DNA of 64,000 nucleotides from Trueperaceae bacterium (GTDB lineage: Bacteria; Deinococcota; Deinococci; Deinococcales; Trueperaceae): positions 1,376,001-1,440,000 of the forward strand of contig OZ243913.1 in NCBI GenBank assembly GCA_965213705.1. The letters run 5' to 3'. Made by a program: the position numbers and the translations under genes. Numbering within the stretch: the first letter of the stretch is position 1; each line of letters starts with the position of its first letter. Shown here piece by piece: positions 10,128 through 19,954 of the stretch. Under the pieces are notes generated by a model, which had not been told where the DNA came from, made no database searches, and worked only from the letters and a program-made list of their open reading frames with translations.

Positions 10128-11017
10128 AGACCCCCGGCAAAAGTAGGCTAAACCTGCCAAAGTATAGGAATGCGAAAGCAAACAGAGCGAAGCTTAGAGT
10201 TGTCAGCAGAGAAGTTCAAGCGCAAACTAGGCGTAAAGCGAGCCACTTACGAGTTGATGAAAGAGGTGTTGGAGACGCGAGAAAGGGCTAAGAAGAGGAG
10301 CGGCAGACCGCCCGCGCTGTGTTTGGACGATCAACTGGTACTCACGCTGTCGTTTTGGCGAGAGTACCGAACGCAGTTTCATTTAGCTGAAGACTGGGAA
10401 GTAGACGAGAGCACCGTTAGACGCACCAACGAGTTGAGAATGCGCTTATCAAGTCGGGTCAGTTTTCTTTACCAGGTCGTAAAGCTTTGCGCGATGACCA
10501 CGAGCTAGAGGTGGTGATTGTGGATGTAGCAGAGAGCCCTGTTGAACGACCCAAAAAAAGCAGCGACGTTACTACTCCGGTAAGAAAAAGCGTCATAGCC
10601 AGAAAAGTCAGCTCTTCGTAGATCAGGCTAGCAAACGCATTTTGAGTACAGCCTGTGGCAAAGGTCGAGAACATGACTTCAAGCTGCTAAAACGCAGTGG
10701 TTGCGCTGTGAGTTTAGCGCCCGCAACTAAGCTACTAGCTGACAGCGGCTATCAAGGTGTTGCTAAGGTTCACCCTGAATGCCGAACCCCTTTCAAACGC
10801 TGGCGTGGCAAAACGCTGACTCAAGAGCAAAGCAGCCACAACCGTCAGCTTGCTAAAGAGCGTATCTTGGCCGAACATGTCATTCGTAAGCTCAAGGTCT
10901 TTCGTGTGCTCAAAGAAACCTATCGCCATCGCAGAAGGCGCTTTGGGCTCAGGCTTAACCTCATCGCCGCTCTTTACAACCATGATCAAGGGTAGGTGTG
11001 ACTTTCGCCGCAGGTCT
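10128..11017 (+). mobile_element. IS5-family insertion sequence (890 bp, ISL2/IS702-like)
   Basis: Imperfect TIRs AGACCCCCGGCAAAAGT (10128-10144) and ACTTTCGCCGCAGGTCT (11001-11017), 14/17 match; 3-bp ATG duplication on both flanks; transposase motifs inside. Confidence 0.9.
10170..10995 (+). pseudogene. IS5-family transposase, frameshifted
   Basis: FKRKLGV, GRPPAL, WREYRT, DVAESPVERPKK, YYSGKKKRH, HDF, ADSGYQG, RILAEH, RFGLRLNLIA spread over three frames; A7G slippery site 10553-10560 plus an additional frameshift near 10426. Confidence 0.85.
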
Positions 11018-11258
11018 ATGGGTTCTCTGGTAGTAGCCCAAACGATCCAGTTTCACCTACAGGTGGTCTTATAGTACGTTACAAAAAGGTCGCGGGCTAC
11101 TTCACCGACATGTCTTTGTCGTCGGAGTTGAAAGATAACTGGCTATCTAGAATAAAGCCATCACTCGTCGGCCAATCACTTATTGACCACTGTAAAATAC
11201 TAAAATTCAACACCTTGAATTCGTTTGATACCTCATGTCCATAGAAAGAAGAACGAGA

Positions 11259-11774
11259 ATGACTAAGCAAATGATGTGCGCGAGTCTAATTCTCGTGGTC
11301 TTGACCGGTTGTATAGAAACAAAAAATGACAATAATGACTTTGTAGGCATTCTGGGACCCTACCTTACCATTTCGCAAACCGAGGCGGCGGTCGGTGAGT
11401 TTATAGAGGTCACGATAACCGCCGAGTTGGTGTTACCTCAGCAAAGCAATTTTGCCGAACAGTCCGGCGAGGTCGAACTCGGCTTATGCTTGGGGCCTGA
11501 GTGGGCGACCGAGAAAGAAAACTGTGTGGTCGTCGCCCCGGGCGTGTTGGATTTTCAACCTTCCGAAGCTTTCACCATCGAACCGGCAGGGGCTATTTCC
11601 AGGCGCGACTTCGTCACCGTAAAAAGAGGTCGGAAGGTAGAGTTTGCGCACACGCTGAGGCTGACCGCCAACCGGCCGGGCACCGTCAGGCTCAGCGCTG
11701 CCTTCGAATCTTACGAAGAAAACGGCTACATTACCGAGGGCGGTGCCAAAGGTCCCAGTGTGACGTTCAAATAG
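11259..11774 (+). CDS. Hypothetical lipoprotein
   Basis: Lipobox LTGC after a hydrophobic stretch; beta-rich body; directly follows the peptidase pseudogene. Confidence 0.7.
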   Translation: MTKQMMCASLILVVLTGCIETKNDNNDFVGILGPYLTISQTEAAVGEFIEVTITAELVLPQQSNFAEQSGEVELGLCLGPEWATEKENCVVVAPGVLDFQPSEAFTIEPAGAISRRDFVTVKRGRKVEFAHTLRLTANRPGTVRLSAAFESYEENGYITEGGAKGPSVTFK

Positions 11775-11787
11775 GCTAAGGTTTCTT

Positions 11788-11825
11788 ACAAAAGGTGGGC
11801 GAGTACGAGGGCGACCACCTTTTGT
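11788..11825 (+). terminator. Hairpin terminator
   Basis: ACAAAAGGTGG / CCACCTTTTGT stem after the lipoprotein gene. Confidence 0.5.
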
Positions 11826-11852
11826 TCGTTCAGCTCGAGCAAACCTCAAAAG

Positions 11853-11982
11853 AGGGCTGGCGCATCTTAATAAGCCCCTCGAGGATGTGAGCACGAAAGT
11901 CGTCATTCCAGGCGGCCCGCTTGCGCTTAGCTTTGAGCGAACCTTTAGAGGTGTCTTGCCTGAGCAGGTTCAGAGCGACTAT
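11853..11982 (-). mobile_element. ISAs1-family transposase 3' remnant with probable terminal repeat
   Basis: Minus strand translates IVALNLLRQDTSKGSLKAKRKRAAWNDDFRAHIL (ISAs1 C-terminus pattern), followed by ATGCGCCAGCCCT resembling an ISAs1 end. Confidence 0.7.
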
Positions 11983-12116
11983 CTCAAGATGGACGTATTT
12001 TCAGCACCCCGACGGTCTGTGTAGCTGTGAGCGTCTTCGCCAGAGACAACGCCCAGTGCTTAGCAGGTGTGGTATTTCTTTTGTGAGTGCCGCCTCGCTC
12101 ACGTTAGACTTAGGCT

Positions 12117-12881
12117 GTGCGTTTGGTTCAGAACGTCGGTCACGGCTCGGATGTCGGCCGAATCCGGCCCCTCAACGAAGACTATCACCGCGTCTGGCAG
12201 TTTCCCCTGTCGGGCGCTTACCTGACGCTGCTCGCCGTCGCCGACGGCATGGGCGGCGCGGCGGCGGGTGAGGTTGCCAGCAAAGCGGCGATGGAGGTGG
12301 TCGGCGAGTCGTTCGGTCTTTACGCCAAAGCTTTGCGAGACGGTCAAGCGGTGGTCGGCGTGGACAAGCTCGTCGACAAGGCGATTCGCCTGGCGAACCG
12401 CCGCGTCTACGGCGCCGCCTTACAAGTCCAGGGTCAGCGCGGCATGGGCACCACGCTTACGCTCGTGGTGGTGAGCGGCGCAAAAGCTTACGTCGGACAC
12501 GTGGGCGATTCACGGGCCTACCTGGTTCGCGGCGACAAAATTTACCAACTCACCAAAGACCACTCCTGGGTCGAAGAGCAGCTCGAGCAAGGGTTGATAA
12601 CCGAAGAACAGGCCAAGGTCCACGAGTGGCGCAACCTCATTACGCGCGCGCTCGGTACGCGCGCGCAAGTCGCGCCTGACTTGGTCGAACTAAACGTCCA
12701 GAAGGGCGACGTTTTCGCCATTTCCACCGACGGCCTGCACGGGCTGGTGGCCCCGGAGGAAATACTGCACGAGTTGAAGCGCACCAGCAACCGCCAGTCG
12801 GCGGTGGAGTACCTTATCGGGCTGGCGAACGAACGGGGCGGCCCCGACAACATCACCTTGGTCGTCGCGGAGGTGCCCTAG
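12117..12881 (+). CDS. PP2C-family Ser/Thr protein phosphatase (Stp1/PrpC-like)
   Basis: GRIRPLNED, VADGMGG, GMGTT, HVGDSRAY, TDGL, GGPDNIT. Confidence 0.95.
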   Translation: MRLVQNVGHGSDVGRIRPLNEDYHRVWQFPLSGAYLTLLAVADGMGGAAAGEVASKAAMEVVGESFGLYAKALRDGQAVVGVDKLVDKAIRLANRRVYGAALQVQGQRGMGTTLTLVVVSGAKAYVGHVGDSRAYLVRGDKIYQLTKDHSWVEEQLEQGLITEEQAKVHEWRNLITRALGTRAQVAPDLVELNVQKGDVFAISTDGLHGLVAPEEILHELKRTSNRQSAVEYLIGLANERGGPDNITLVVAEVP

Positions 12882-14939
12882 ATGTGGCTGGTCGCGGCTT
12901 TCTTCGGCACCCTCGCCCTGGCTTTGGTGTTGCTGCGGTTTCCTTTGTGGCTGAACTTAGGGGTCGCCGCGCTGACGGGTTTGCCGGTGCTGGCTTTGGT
13001 CTTTAGCGGCGGGTCGGTGGGCGTCGGCGAACGGTCGCTGTTGCCGCTGCTGGTGCTGGCTTTGGCGGCGGGCGTGCTGGTTCCGCCAAGCTCCAACGTA
13101 AAGCCGGTCTCACGGGTCGCGCCGTCCAGGAAGCGTGCTCGCAAAAAACAGGCCGCAAACGCTTCGGGTTTGAGCTTCGAACACAGGCTCGAGGCGGTCG
13201 AGGTTCCGGGCTACGAAGTCTTGGAAAAAGTCGGCTCGGGGGGTATGGCGAGCGTTTACCGGGCGCGCCGAAAAAGCGACGGCCGCATCATCGCGCTCAA
13301 AATTCCTATGGAGCAGTACGTTGCCGACGCCAAGTTTATCCGCAGGTTTCACCGCGAGGCCGAAGTAGCCCAGCGCTTGGACCACCCCAACATCGTCCAC
13401 ACCTTTGAACACGGCAGCGTCGGGGTCAAACATTTTATGGCGATGGAGTTTGTCGACGGGCGCAGCTTAGAGGCTTACGTCGAGGGTAAAGACTTAGACA
13501 CCGACCTGAGCGCGGAAGTCATGAAGTCTGTGGTGCGCGCGCTGCAGCACATCCACTCGGTCGGCATCATTCACCGCGACATCAAACCTGCCAACATCAT
13601 GATTTTGAAAACAGGTGTTTTGTCGACGAATCCCTTACGGCTCGACCCCCACGCGGTCAAACTGATGGACTTCGGCATCGCCGGGGGCAAGGTGTTGTCG
13701 CGGCTGACCATGACCGGGGCGCGGGTCGGCACGCCGGTCTACATGTCGCCCGAGCAGGCGCGGGGCTTAAAAATCGACCACCGCAGCGACATCTACAGCT
13801 TGGGCCTGGTGTTCTACGAAATGCTCACCGGTCAGACGGCTTTTAAGGGCGGCTACGAGGCCATCGTCCACCAACAGATTTTCCAAACGCCGCCGCCGCC
13901 CCGACAGCTCAACTTGGACATTCCCAAAACGCTCGATACACTCATTATGAAAATGGTTGCCAAAGACCCGGACGAGCGGCCTACCCTGGACGAAGTGTTG
14001 GGGGTGCTCGAGCAAGATTTCGAAGACAAAGAAGTCCCCGACTTGCCGAGCCGCCTCGTTTTGACGGTAAGTGCGCGGCAGGGCGTGTTGCGCGTGCTCG
14101 ACACACAAGGCTCGCTCCACGCTTCGGTCGGCGACATCGGGGCGGGGCCGGGCGCGTTTTCGGCGGCGCCGCTGTCCATCGCCGTCGACAGTTTGGGCCA
14201 CGTTTTTGCCGCCGTCTTTGAATACCGTGTCGGTGAGGACAGCGACCCCATGATTCACAAGGTGACTGCGGCCGGCGAACTCCTCACCTCGTTCGGACCC
14301 TACGGCATGAAACCGGGTGAGTTTTTGTACCCGGCGGCGCTCGCCGTTTCCCCGCAAGACACGGTCTACGTCCTCGACGGCGAAACGCACCTTATCCAGT
14401 GTTTCGACTCGGACGGAACTTACCTGTTCGGTTTCGGGGGCCGGGGCGACGGGCGCGGCACCTTCAACGACCCGCGCACCCTGTTCGTCGACGCGGACGG
14501 TATGGTGTATGTGCTCGACTACGGCAACCGCCAGGTACAGCGCTTCGACGCGGAGGGCCGCTACCAAACGCGCTGGGCTTTCAAACTCGGTGCCGACCAA
14601 CCAGGAATGCGGCTTCTAGACGGCTTTACGGTGGACCTCCGCGGCAACTTGTACGTGAGCGACGCGGCCGGGGGCAAGGTGCGTAAAATTACGCCGCAAG
14701 GCAAGGTCGAACTTTCTTATGCTATCGACCCCTTGCAGGGCGAGGCCACCGACGCGCTGCTCGACCTAGGCGTGGACGACCACGGCTTTCTTTATGCGGC
14801 GCGGCGCGGCGGGCACTTGATTCGCAAGTACGACCTGTCGGGACGGCTCGGAGAAACTTTGGAGACTTACGCGCCCGTGGTGCAGATGATAGTGGACGTC
14901 AAGGTGAGCATGGCGGCCGTCCAAGCCTCGAGCCTGTAA
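12882..14939 (+). CDS. Hanks-type Ser/Thr kinase with N-terminal TM segments and C-terminal NHL repeats
   Basis: GSGGMASVY, ALK, HRDIKPANI, DFG, GTPVYMSPEQ; repeated FGxxGxxxGxFxxP NHL units. Confidence 0.93.
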   Translation: MWLVAAFFGTLALALVLLRFPLWLNLGVAALTGLPVLALVFSGGSVGVGERSLLPLLVLALAAGVLVPPSSNVKPVSRVAPSRKRARKKQAANASGLSFEHRLEAVEVPGYEVLEKVGSGGMASVYRARRKSDGRIIALKIPMEQYVADAKFIRRFHREAEVAQRLDHPNIVHTFEHGSVGVKHFMAMEFVDGRSLEAYVEGKDLDTDLSAEVMKSVVRALQHIHSVGIIHRDIKPANIMILKTGVLSTNPLRLDPHAVKLMDFGIAGGKVLSRLTMTGARVGTPVYMSPEQARGLKIDHRSDIYSLGLVFYEMLTGQTAFKGGYEAIVHQQIFQTPPPPRQLNLDIPKTLDTLIMKMVAKDPDERPTLDEVLGVLEQDFEDKEVPDLPSRLVLTVSARQGVLRVLDTQGSLHASVGDIGAGPGAFSAAPLSIAVDSLGHVFAAVFEYRVGEDSDPMIHKVTAAGELLTSFGPYGMKPGEFLYPAALAVSPQDTVYVLDGETHLIQCFDSDGTYLFGFGGRGDGRGTFNDPRTLFVDADGMVYVLDYGNRQVQRFDAEGRYQTRWAFKLGADQPGMRLLDGFTVDLRGNLYVSDAAGGKVRKITPQGKVELSYAIDPLQGEATDALLDLGVDDHGFLYAARRGGHLIRKYDLSGRLGETLETYAPVVQMIVDVKVSMAAVQASSL

Positions 14940-14999
14940 CTCTGGGCAAGTACCGAGGACCGAGTGAAAAGTAGAAAGTGGAAAGGCTGAGACAAAACC

Positions 15000-17924
15000 T
15001 CAATCCTTGGGCTTGACCGCCTCGGCCAGCACCTCAACGACGTGTTTGGCGCGTTTGCCGGTGCCGTCCTTAATTTGGTGGCGGCAACTGAAGCCACAAG
15101 CCACGACGTCGCCCGTGTGTTCGCGCGCCGCCGGGAACAGACGCCGTTCGCCAATTGCCATCGACACGTCGTAGTGGCTGTAGCCGAACGACCCCGCCAT
15201 GCCGCAGCAGCCCGAATCGACCTCGGCGACGTTGTCGGACGCCCAGCCGAGCACCGCCTTCGACGGGGCCGAACCGATGACGGCGCGCTGTTGGCAGTGG
15301 CCGTGGAACAAGACGGGGGCGCTGTCGGTTTTGAAAGCCTGCGTGGGCTCGAGCCGCCCACCGCTCCACTCTTTCGCCAAAAACTGGTCTATCATCTTGA
15401 CGTTGTCGGACACCGCGTTCGTCTTGTCGCCGGAGATGAGGTCGCGGTAGTCGTCTTGGAAAGCGGTCACGCAACTGGGCTCGAGGCCCACAATAGGCAC
15501 GCCCCGTTTGGAATAGGTGTGGAGCGCGTTGACGTTTTTATGCGCTAGCCGCTTCGCCTCTTTCAGCAACCCTTTCGAGAGAAGGGTGCGCCCGCAGCAC
15601 TGGTAGTCGATAACTTCGACGTGGTAACCGAGGGCTTGGAGCACCTTGAGGGCAGCCCCGCCGACCTCGGGTTCGTGGTACATCGTCCAGGTGTCAGCGA
15701 ACAGGGCGACGGTCGGTTGCGACGGTTCGGTTTTGGCGCGCGGCGGGCGTTCGCGCACAAGGGCGTCGAAGGCCTGTTTGGCGTAAAGCGGCATCGTCCG
15801 GCGGCGGTCGACGCCGAGCGTTTTCTCGGTCGCCCAACGGAAGAGTTTGGTGGGCAAGACTTTGTTGGCTAAGGGAGACATCATCCGGCCCAGCGGCGCG
15901 GTTTTGTACACTTCACCAAAAGCCCGCACCGGCAGCGGCGTGCCGTGCTCGTCGTAGTAGTGTTGCAAAAACTCGTACTTGATTTTCGCCATGTCTACTT
16001 GGCTCGGACACTCGGCCTTGCAGGCCTTGCACTCGAGGCACAAGTCCAGCACTTCGTAAACCTCGTGACTCGTCAAGCCGCCGGGCAGCCGCCCGTTCAT
16101 CGCCTCGCGCAAGATGTTGGCGCGGCCCCTCGTTGAGTGGTCCTCGTCCCTGGTCGCCATGTACGACGGGCACATCGTCCCGGTCGTCGTTTTGCGGCAA
16201 GCCCCGACGCCGGTACACATCTCGATGGCCCCCAAAAAGCCGCCGTCCTTCGAAAAGTCGAAGTAGGTGTTGACCGGGTCGACTGCGTAGTCGACGCCGT
16301 AGCGCAAACTCTCGGTCATGGCTGGCGCGTCGACGATTTTGCCGGGGTTCATCAGCCCTTTGGGGTCGAAAGCGCGTTTGATGGCGCGGAAATCTTCGTA
16401 GAGCGTTTCCCCGAACAACTTTTCGTTTTGGTACGAGCGGATAAGGCCGTCGCCGTGCTCGCCGCTCCAGGAGCCGCCGTACTTTTGCACCAGTGCGAAC
16501 ACCTCTTCGCTGATGCTCTGAAACGTCTCGATGCCGCGCTCGGTTTTCAGGTCCAGGTGTGGGCGGCAGTGAATCACCCCGACCGAGGCGTGCGCGTAGA
16601 TGACCGCGTGGACGCCGTGCCGTTTGCAAACTTCCAACACTTCGGGGATGTAGTAGGGGAGGTTTTCGACCGGAATCGCCGAGTCTTCGATAAAGGGGGT
16701 CGGTTTCTCGTCGCCCTTCACCGTTGCGTAGATGCCCAGGCCGCCGCGCCGGAACTCCAGGACCTCGTGTTGCTCTTTGGCATCGAAAGCGAGGTGCGTG
16801 GCGTAGCTCAGGGCTTGCACGTCGGCGTCGGCCTGCAGGCCGGTAAGCCCCAACAACATCTCCGCTTCGGTCTCCCCGTCGAACTCGACCATGAGGACGG
16901 CGGCGGGTTCGCCTTGCAGCCAGCTCAACAGCGGCGCTAGGTTCGGGTTCTGCCGACCCAGGTCGAAGAGCACGTCGTCCATGAGTTCGACCGCCGACGG
17001 CCCATGTTTGTTGACGTACTGCACCGCCGTCAGCGCAGAGACGAGCGAGTCGAAGTGCAGCAGTGCCAGACAGCGGTGCTTCGGGACAGGCTCGAGCTTC
17101 AAAGTCACGTCCAAGATAAACGCCAGCGTCCCCTCCGACCCCGCGACGAGCTTGGCGAGGTTGAAGGGTTTGCCGTTTGTGAACTCGTCTAAGTTGTAGC
17201 CGCCCACGCGCCGCATCACCTTGGGGAAACGCGCCTCTATTTCGTCCGCGTGCTCGGTGACGACGCGCTGCACCGCGCGGTAGGCGTCGCCCTCGATTCC
17301 CGGTTGCTCGAGCTTTTCCCGCAACTCCTCGCCATTCACCTCACCGAGTTCGGCCACGCTGCCGTCGGCGAACATCACCGTCATGCTCTTCACCGCGTCG
17401 ACCGACTTGCCGTACTTGATGGAGCGCGTCCCCGCCGAATTGTTCGCGACCATGCCGCCGACGTTGGCGCGGTTGGTGGTCGAGATATCGGGCGTGAACT
17501 GCAAGTCGTAGGGCTTCAAAAACAAGTTGAGGTTGTCGCGCACCACGCCGGGCTGCACCCTGACGGTCCGCTTTTCGGGTGAGAATTCCAAAATCTCGGT
17601 CATGTATTTTGAGAAGTCGAGGACGACGGCCGCGCCGACCGTTTGCCCCGCCAAACTTGTGCCGCCGCCGCGGGGCAACAGCGGCAACTCGTAGCGATTG
17701 GCAATCTCGACAGTTTGCCGCACGTCGTGAACCGTTTTGGGCAACACGACGCCGTAGGGTTGAATCTCGTAGGGCGAAGCGTCGGTCGCGTAGAGGGCTC
17801 GAGCGCGCTCATCGAAACGGACCTCGCCCGAGACTTTCCACTTCAGTTCGTTGGCAACGCGGGTCAGCAGTTCGGGGTCGGGCAGGGGGGTGTGGGGCAG
17901 GGCTCGAGCGGGGGGTTGAATCAT
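15000..17924 (-). CDS. FAD-binding / 4Fe-4S oxidoreductase (YdiJ/GlcD-GlcF fusion type 2-hydroxyacid dehydrogenase)
   Basis: PRGGGTSLAGQ, GSEGTL, SGEHGDG, CTGVGAC, CLECKACKAECP, CCG domains. Confidence 0.9.
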   Translation of the reverse strand: MIQPPARALPHTPLPDPELLTRVANELKWKVSGEVRFDERARALYATDASPYEIQPYGVVLPKTVHDVRQTVEIANRYELPLLPRGGGTSLAGQTVGAAVVLDFSKYMTEILEFSPEKRTVRVQPGVVRDNLNLFLKPYDLQFTPDISTTNRANVGGMVANNSAGTRSIKYGKSVDAVKSMTVMFADGSVAELGEVNGEELREKLEQPGIEGDAYRAVQRVVTEHADEIEARFPKVMRRVGGYNLDEFTNGKPFNLAKLVAGSEGTLAFILDVTLKLEPVPKHRCLALLHFDSLVSALTAVQYVNKHGPSAVELMDDVLFDLGRQNPNLAPLLSWLQGEPAAVLMVEFDGETEAEMLLGLTGLQADADVQALSYATHLAFDAKEQHEVLEFRRGGLGIYATVKGDEKPTPFIEDSAIPVENLPYYIPEVLEVCKRHGVHAVIYAHASVGVIHCRPHLDLKTERGIETFQSISEEVFALVQKYGGSWSGEHGDGLIRSYQNEKLFGETLYEDFRAIKRAFDPKGLMNPGKIVDAPAMTESLRYGVDYAVDPVNTYFDFSKDGGFLGAIEMCTGVGACRKTTTGTMCPSYMATRDEDHSTRGRANILREAMNGRLPGGLTSHEVYEVLDLCLECKACKAECPSQVDMAKIKYEFLQHYYDEHGTPLPVRAFGEVYKTAPLGRMMSPLANKVLPTKLFRWATEKTLGVDRRRTMPLYAKQAFDALVRERPPRAKTEPSQPTVALFADTWTMYHEPEVGGAALKVLQALGYHVEVIDYQCCGRTLLSKGLLKEAKRLAHKNVNALHTYSKRGVPIVGLEPSCVTAFQDDYRDLISGDKTNAVSDNVKMIDQFLAKEWSGGRLEPTQAFKTDSAPVLFHGHCQQRAVIGSAPSKAVLGWASDNVAEVDSGCCGMAGSFGYSHYDVSMAIGERRLFPAAREHTGDVVACGFSCRHQIKDGTGKRAKHVVEVLAEAVKPKD

Positions 17925-18263
17925 CTTGTACCCAGTATCGCACGGGTTTTTGTTTGGGTGCGGCGGGTTGTCTTACAAGTTGATAGGGGAGAGGAAAAGT
18001 AGGGGATGGCTCGAGTTGTTGAGTTAACTTGCGATATTTTGGCGCTTCCTGCTCTTTAACTCGCCAGAGAGCGCTTTTCGTGAAGGCCAATAAAATCTAG
18101 CGTATAGTAGTGAGATTTTTTGGTACTCTGGCTTAACCATTTTGTTTGAATCATTTGTCTGACCTTGTTGAAAAATGGAGATGATTGCTTTGTGCAATTT
18201 GCCTGATTTCTCACCAGCAACTTTAGGAAATCTGTGACCGGCTCGGAAAAACATCAGAGAGAA

Positions 18264-18863
18264 ATGAATATTGGCTCTCATATAGCGTGGGCTGCCGCAA
18301 TGTGGTCTTCGGGTGCCCTAGCGCGTGAGCAGAAAAATCATCTGGTTGCCTCAATTGGGTACTATTATTGTGTTTATCACATAGGTTTTGCTCTAATTAA
18401 CACTGACTATTCATTCCACTTTGATGATATGCGGCAAATAAAGCATAACAAGGTTGAAAAGTGGCTGAAAAATCATCTAGATTCTCACGATAACGGTGAT
18501 TACAAAATGTTGAGGTTTGTTAGAGAAAACATCAACTATTTAGGAATGGAGTCGTCTGAACGAAAATTAAGAGTCGTAAGAGGTCATCCATTTGGTTATG
18601 ACCTAAACAATCAAAAAATACCATTTGATGAAATGATTTTTAAATGTCATGAATCCTCCAGACGTATTTTCCTACTGCTACTTAATGAAATTGAAACATT
18701 TTGCAAGCGGGAATTTTGGCAACCACTCCAATTTGGTAGAGACTACTACATAAGCGAATATTTGGGAGAAGATTTGCTTTTAGGTATATTACCTCGTGAA
18801 AACGGTGGTCAAGAGATTTTTAAAAATTTAGTTCAACTTATCCTCACTGAAGAAAGTGAGTAA
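18264..18863 (+). CDS. Hypothetical protein with HEPN-like motifs (AT-rich)
   Basis: GYYYCVYHIGFAL...IKH..V...LRFVRENINY resembles the HEPN YY...H...R-x3-[DN]Y pattern; markedly AT-rich. Confidence 0.6.
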   Translation: MNIGSHIAWAAAMWSSGALAREQKNHLVASIGYYYCVYHIGFALINTDYSFHFDDMRQIKHNKVEKWLKNHLDSHDNGDYKMLRFVRENINYLGMESSERKLRVVRGHPFGYDLNNQKIPFDEMIFKCHESSRRIFLLLLNEIETFCKREFWQPLQFGRDYYISEYLGEDLLLGILPRENGGQEIFKNLVQLILTEESE

Positions 18864-19162
18864 AGCGTCGCAAGAGATTTGGGCTCGTCCTGCTCAAAAT
18901 GGAAAGTAGGTTGTTACCAAACTCTCAGTCGTCACCGAACAGGATGCCCACCGTCGCGGCGAACGAAGCGTCGTCCAAGTGCCGGTAGGCGTTTACAAAG
19001 GTTTGCAGTTTGGAACTCGAGGCCGAAGTTGCACCTCACAGCGGCGTCGTGGTAGCTTCTCTTTCTGCCTTTGCGGTTCGGCCCCGTCTTTTCCAGCTTG
19101 TTTCACCCGCTAATCGTTTCGACGGTGTGGCCCTGAGCCGCCCGCTACCTCTCGAGGATTCC

Positions 19163-19954
19163 ATGAGGCTGTTCTGGGAAATCGTTCGGCGCTCGTTTCG
19201 CCGCCACCTCACCTACCGGGCGGCGGCGCTGGCCGGACTGGTCACCAACATCTTTTTCGGGTTGGTCCGCGCCGCCGTGCTTGTGGCCCTTTACGGGAAC
19301 CGCGAAGTGGTCGAAGGCCTCGACGTGCAAGCAGTCGTCACCTACACCGGGCTGACCCAGGCTGTCATCGTTTATTTGAGCATCTTCGGTTGGTACGACC
19401 TCATGAACGCGGTTCACCAGGGCGACGTCGGCGCGGACTTGCTCAAACCCATGCGCCTGTTTACGTTTTGGCTGGCGCAGGACCTGGGCCGCGCGCTCGT
19501 CGGGCTCGCGCTGCGCGGCTTAACTATCATGCTGGTTTACGCGCTGCTGTTCGACATCGTCTACCCGAACAGTCTGGCGCAGTGGGGGGCGCTCGCCCTC
19601 GCTCTCGGCCTGAGCTGGTTGTTGTCGTTCGCGTACCGTTTTCTGGTCAATTTGGCCGCCTTTTGGTCGCCGGACGCGCGGGGCGTCGGCCGCTTCGCCT
19701 TTGTCATCGTCATGTTTTTTTCGGGCTTTTTGATGCCGCTGCGCTTTTTCCCCAACTGGGTGCAGCGTGTAGCTTACCTGACGCCGTTTCCGCACATGCT
19801 CAACACCGTCGTCGAGGTTTATTTGGGCGTGGTGACGGGGCCGGCCTTGGTTGAGGCGTTGGTGGCGCAAGCCTTGTGGGCTCTCGGTTTGGTCGCCGTT
19901 TGTCAGTTTGTCTTAAGCAGAGCCACTCGGCGACTCGTGATTTTGGGAGGCTGA
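19163..19954 (+). CDS. ABC-2 type permease (DUF990/ABC2_membrane_6)
   Basis: TYR, GDVGADLLKP, FSGFLMPL, C-terminal ILGG. Confidence 0.88.
   Translation: MRLFWEIVRRSFRRHLTYRAAALAGLVTNIFFGLVRAAVLVALYGNREVVEGLDVQAVVTYTGLTQAVIVYLSIFGWYDLMNAVHQGDVGADLLKPMRLFTFWLAQDLGRALVGLALRGLTIMLVYALLFDIVYPNSLAQWGALALALGLSWLLSFAYRFLVNLAAFWSPDARGVGRFAFVIVMFFSGFLMPLRFFPNWVQRVAYLTPFPHMLNTVVEVYLGVVTGPALVEALVAQALWALGLVAVCQFVLSRATRRLVILGG

Larger units (their letters stand above)
9689..11244 (+). pseudogene. Zinc metallopeptidase (gluzincin-like) pseudogene interrupted by IS5; 5' limit uncertain
   Basis: One frame reads VFHEYGH (9758-9778) ... EGWADFFA ... NEARVAAFLWDMWD with in-frame stops at 9722 and 9803; after removing the IS the frame resumes (KDGFSGSSPND...) to TAG 11242-11244. 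Confidence 0.75.

Noticed and set aside
18024..18281. 85-aa minus-strand ORF as antitoxin for the HEPN-like gene
   Set aside because: Overlaps the HEPN start head-to-head, no nucleotidyltransferase motif, no RBS
18926..19035. Minus-strand fragment SSKLQTFVNAYRHLDDASFAATVGILFGDD*
   Set aside because: Looks coding but has no start and no recognisable family
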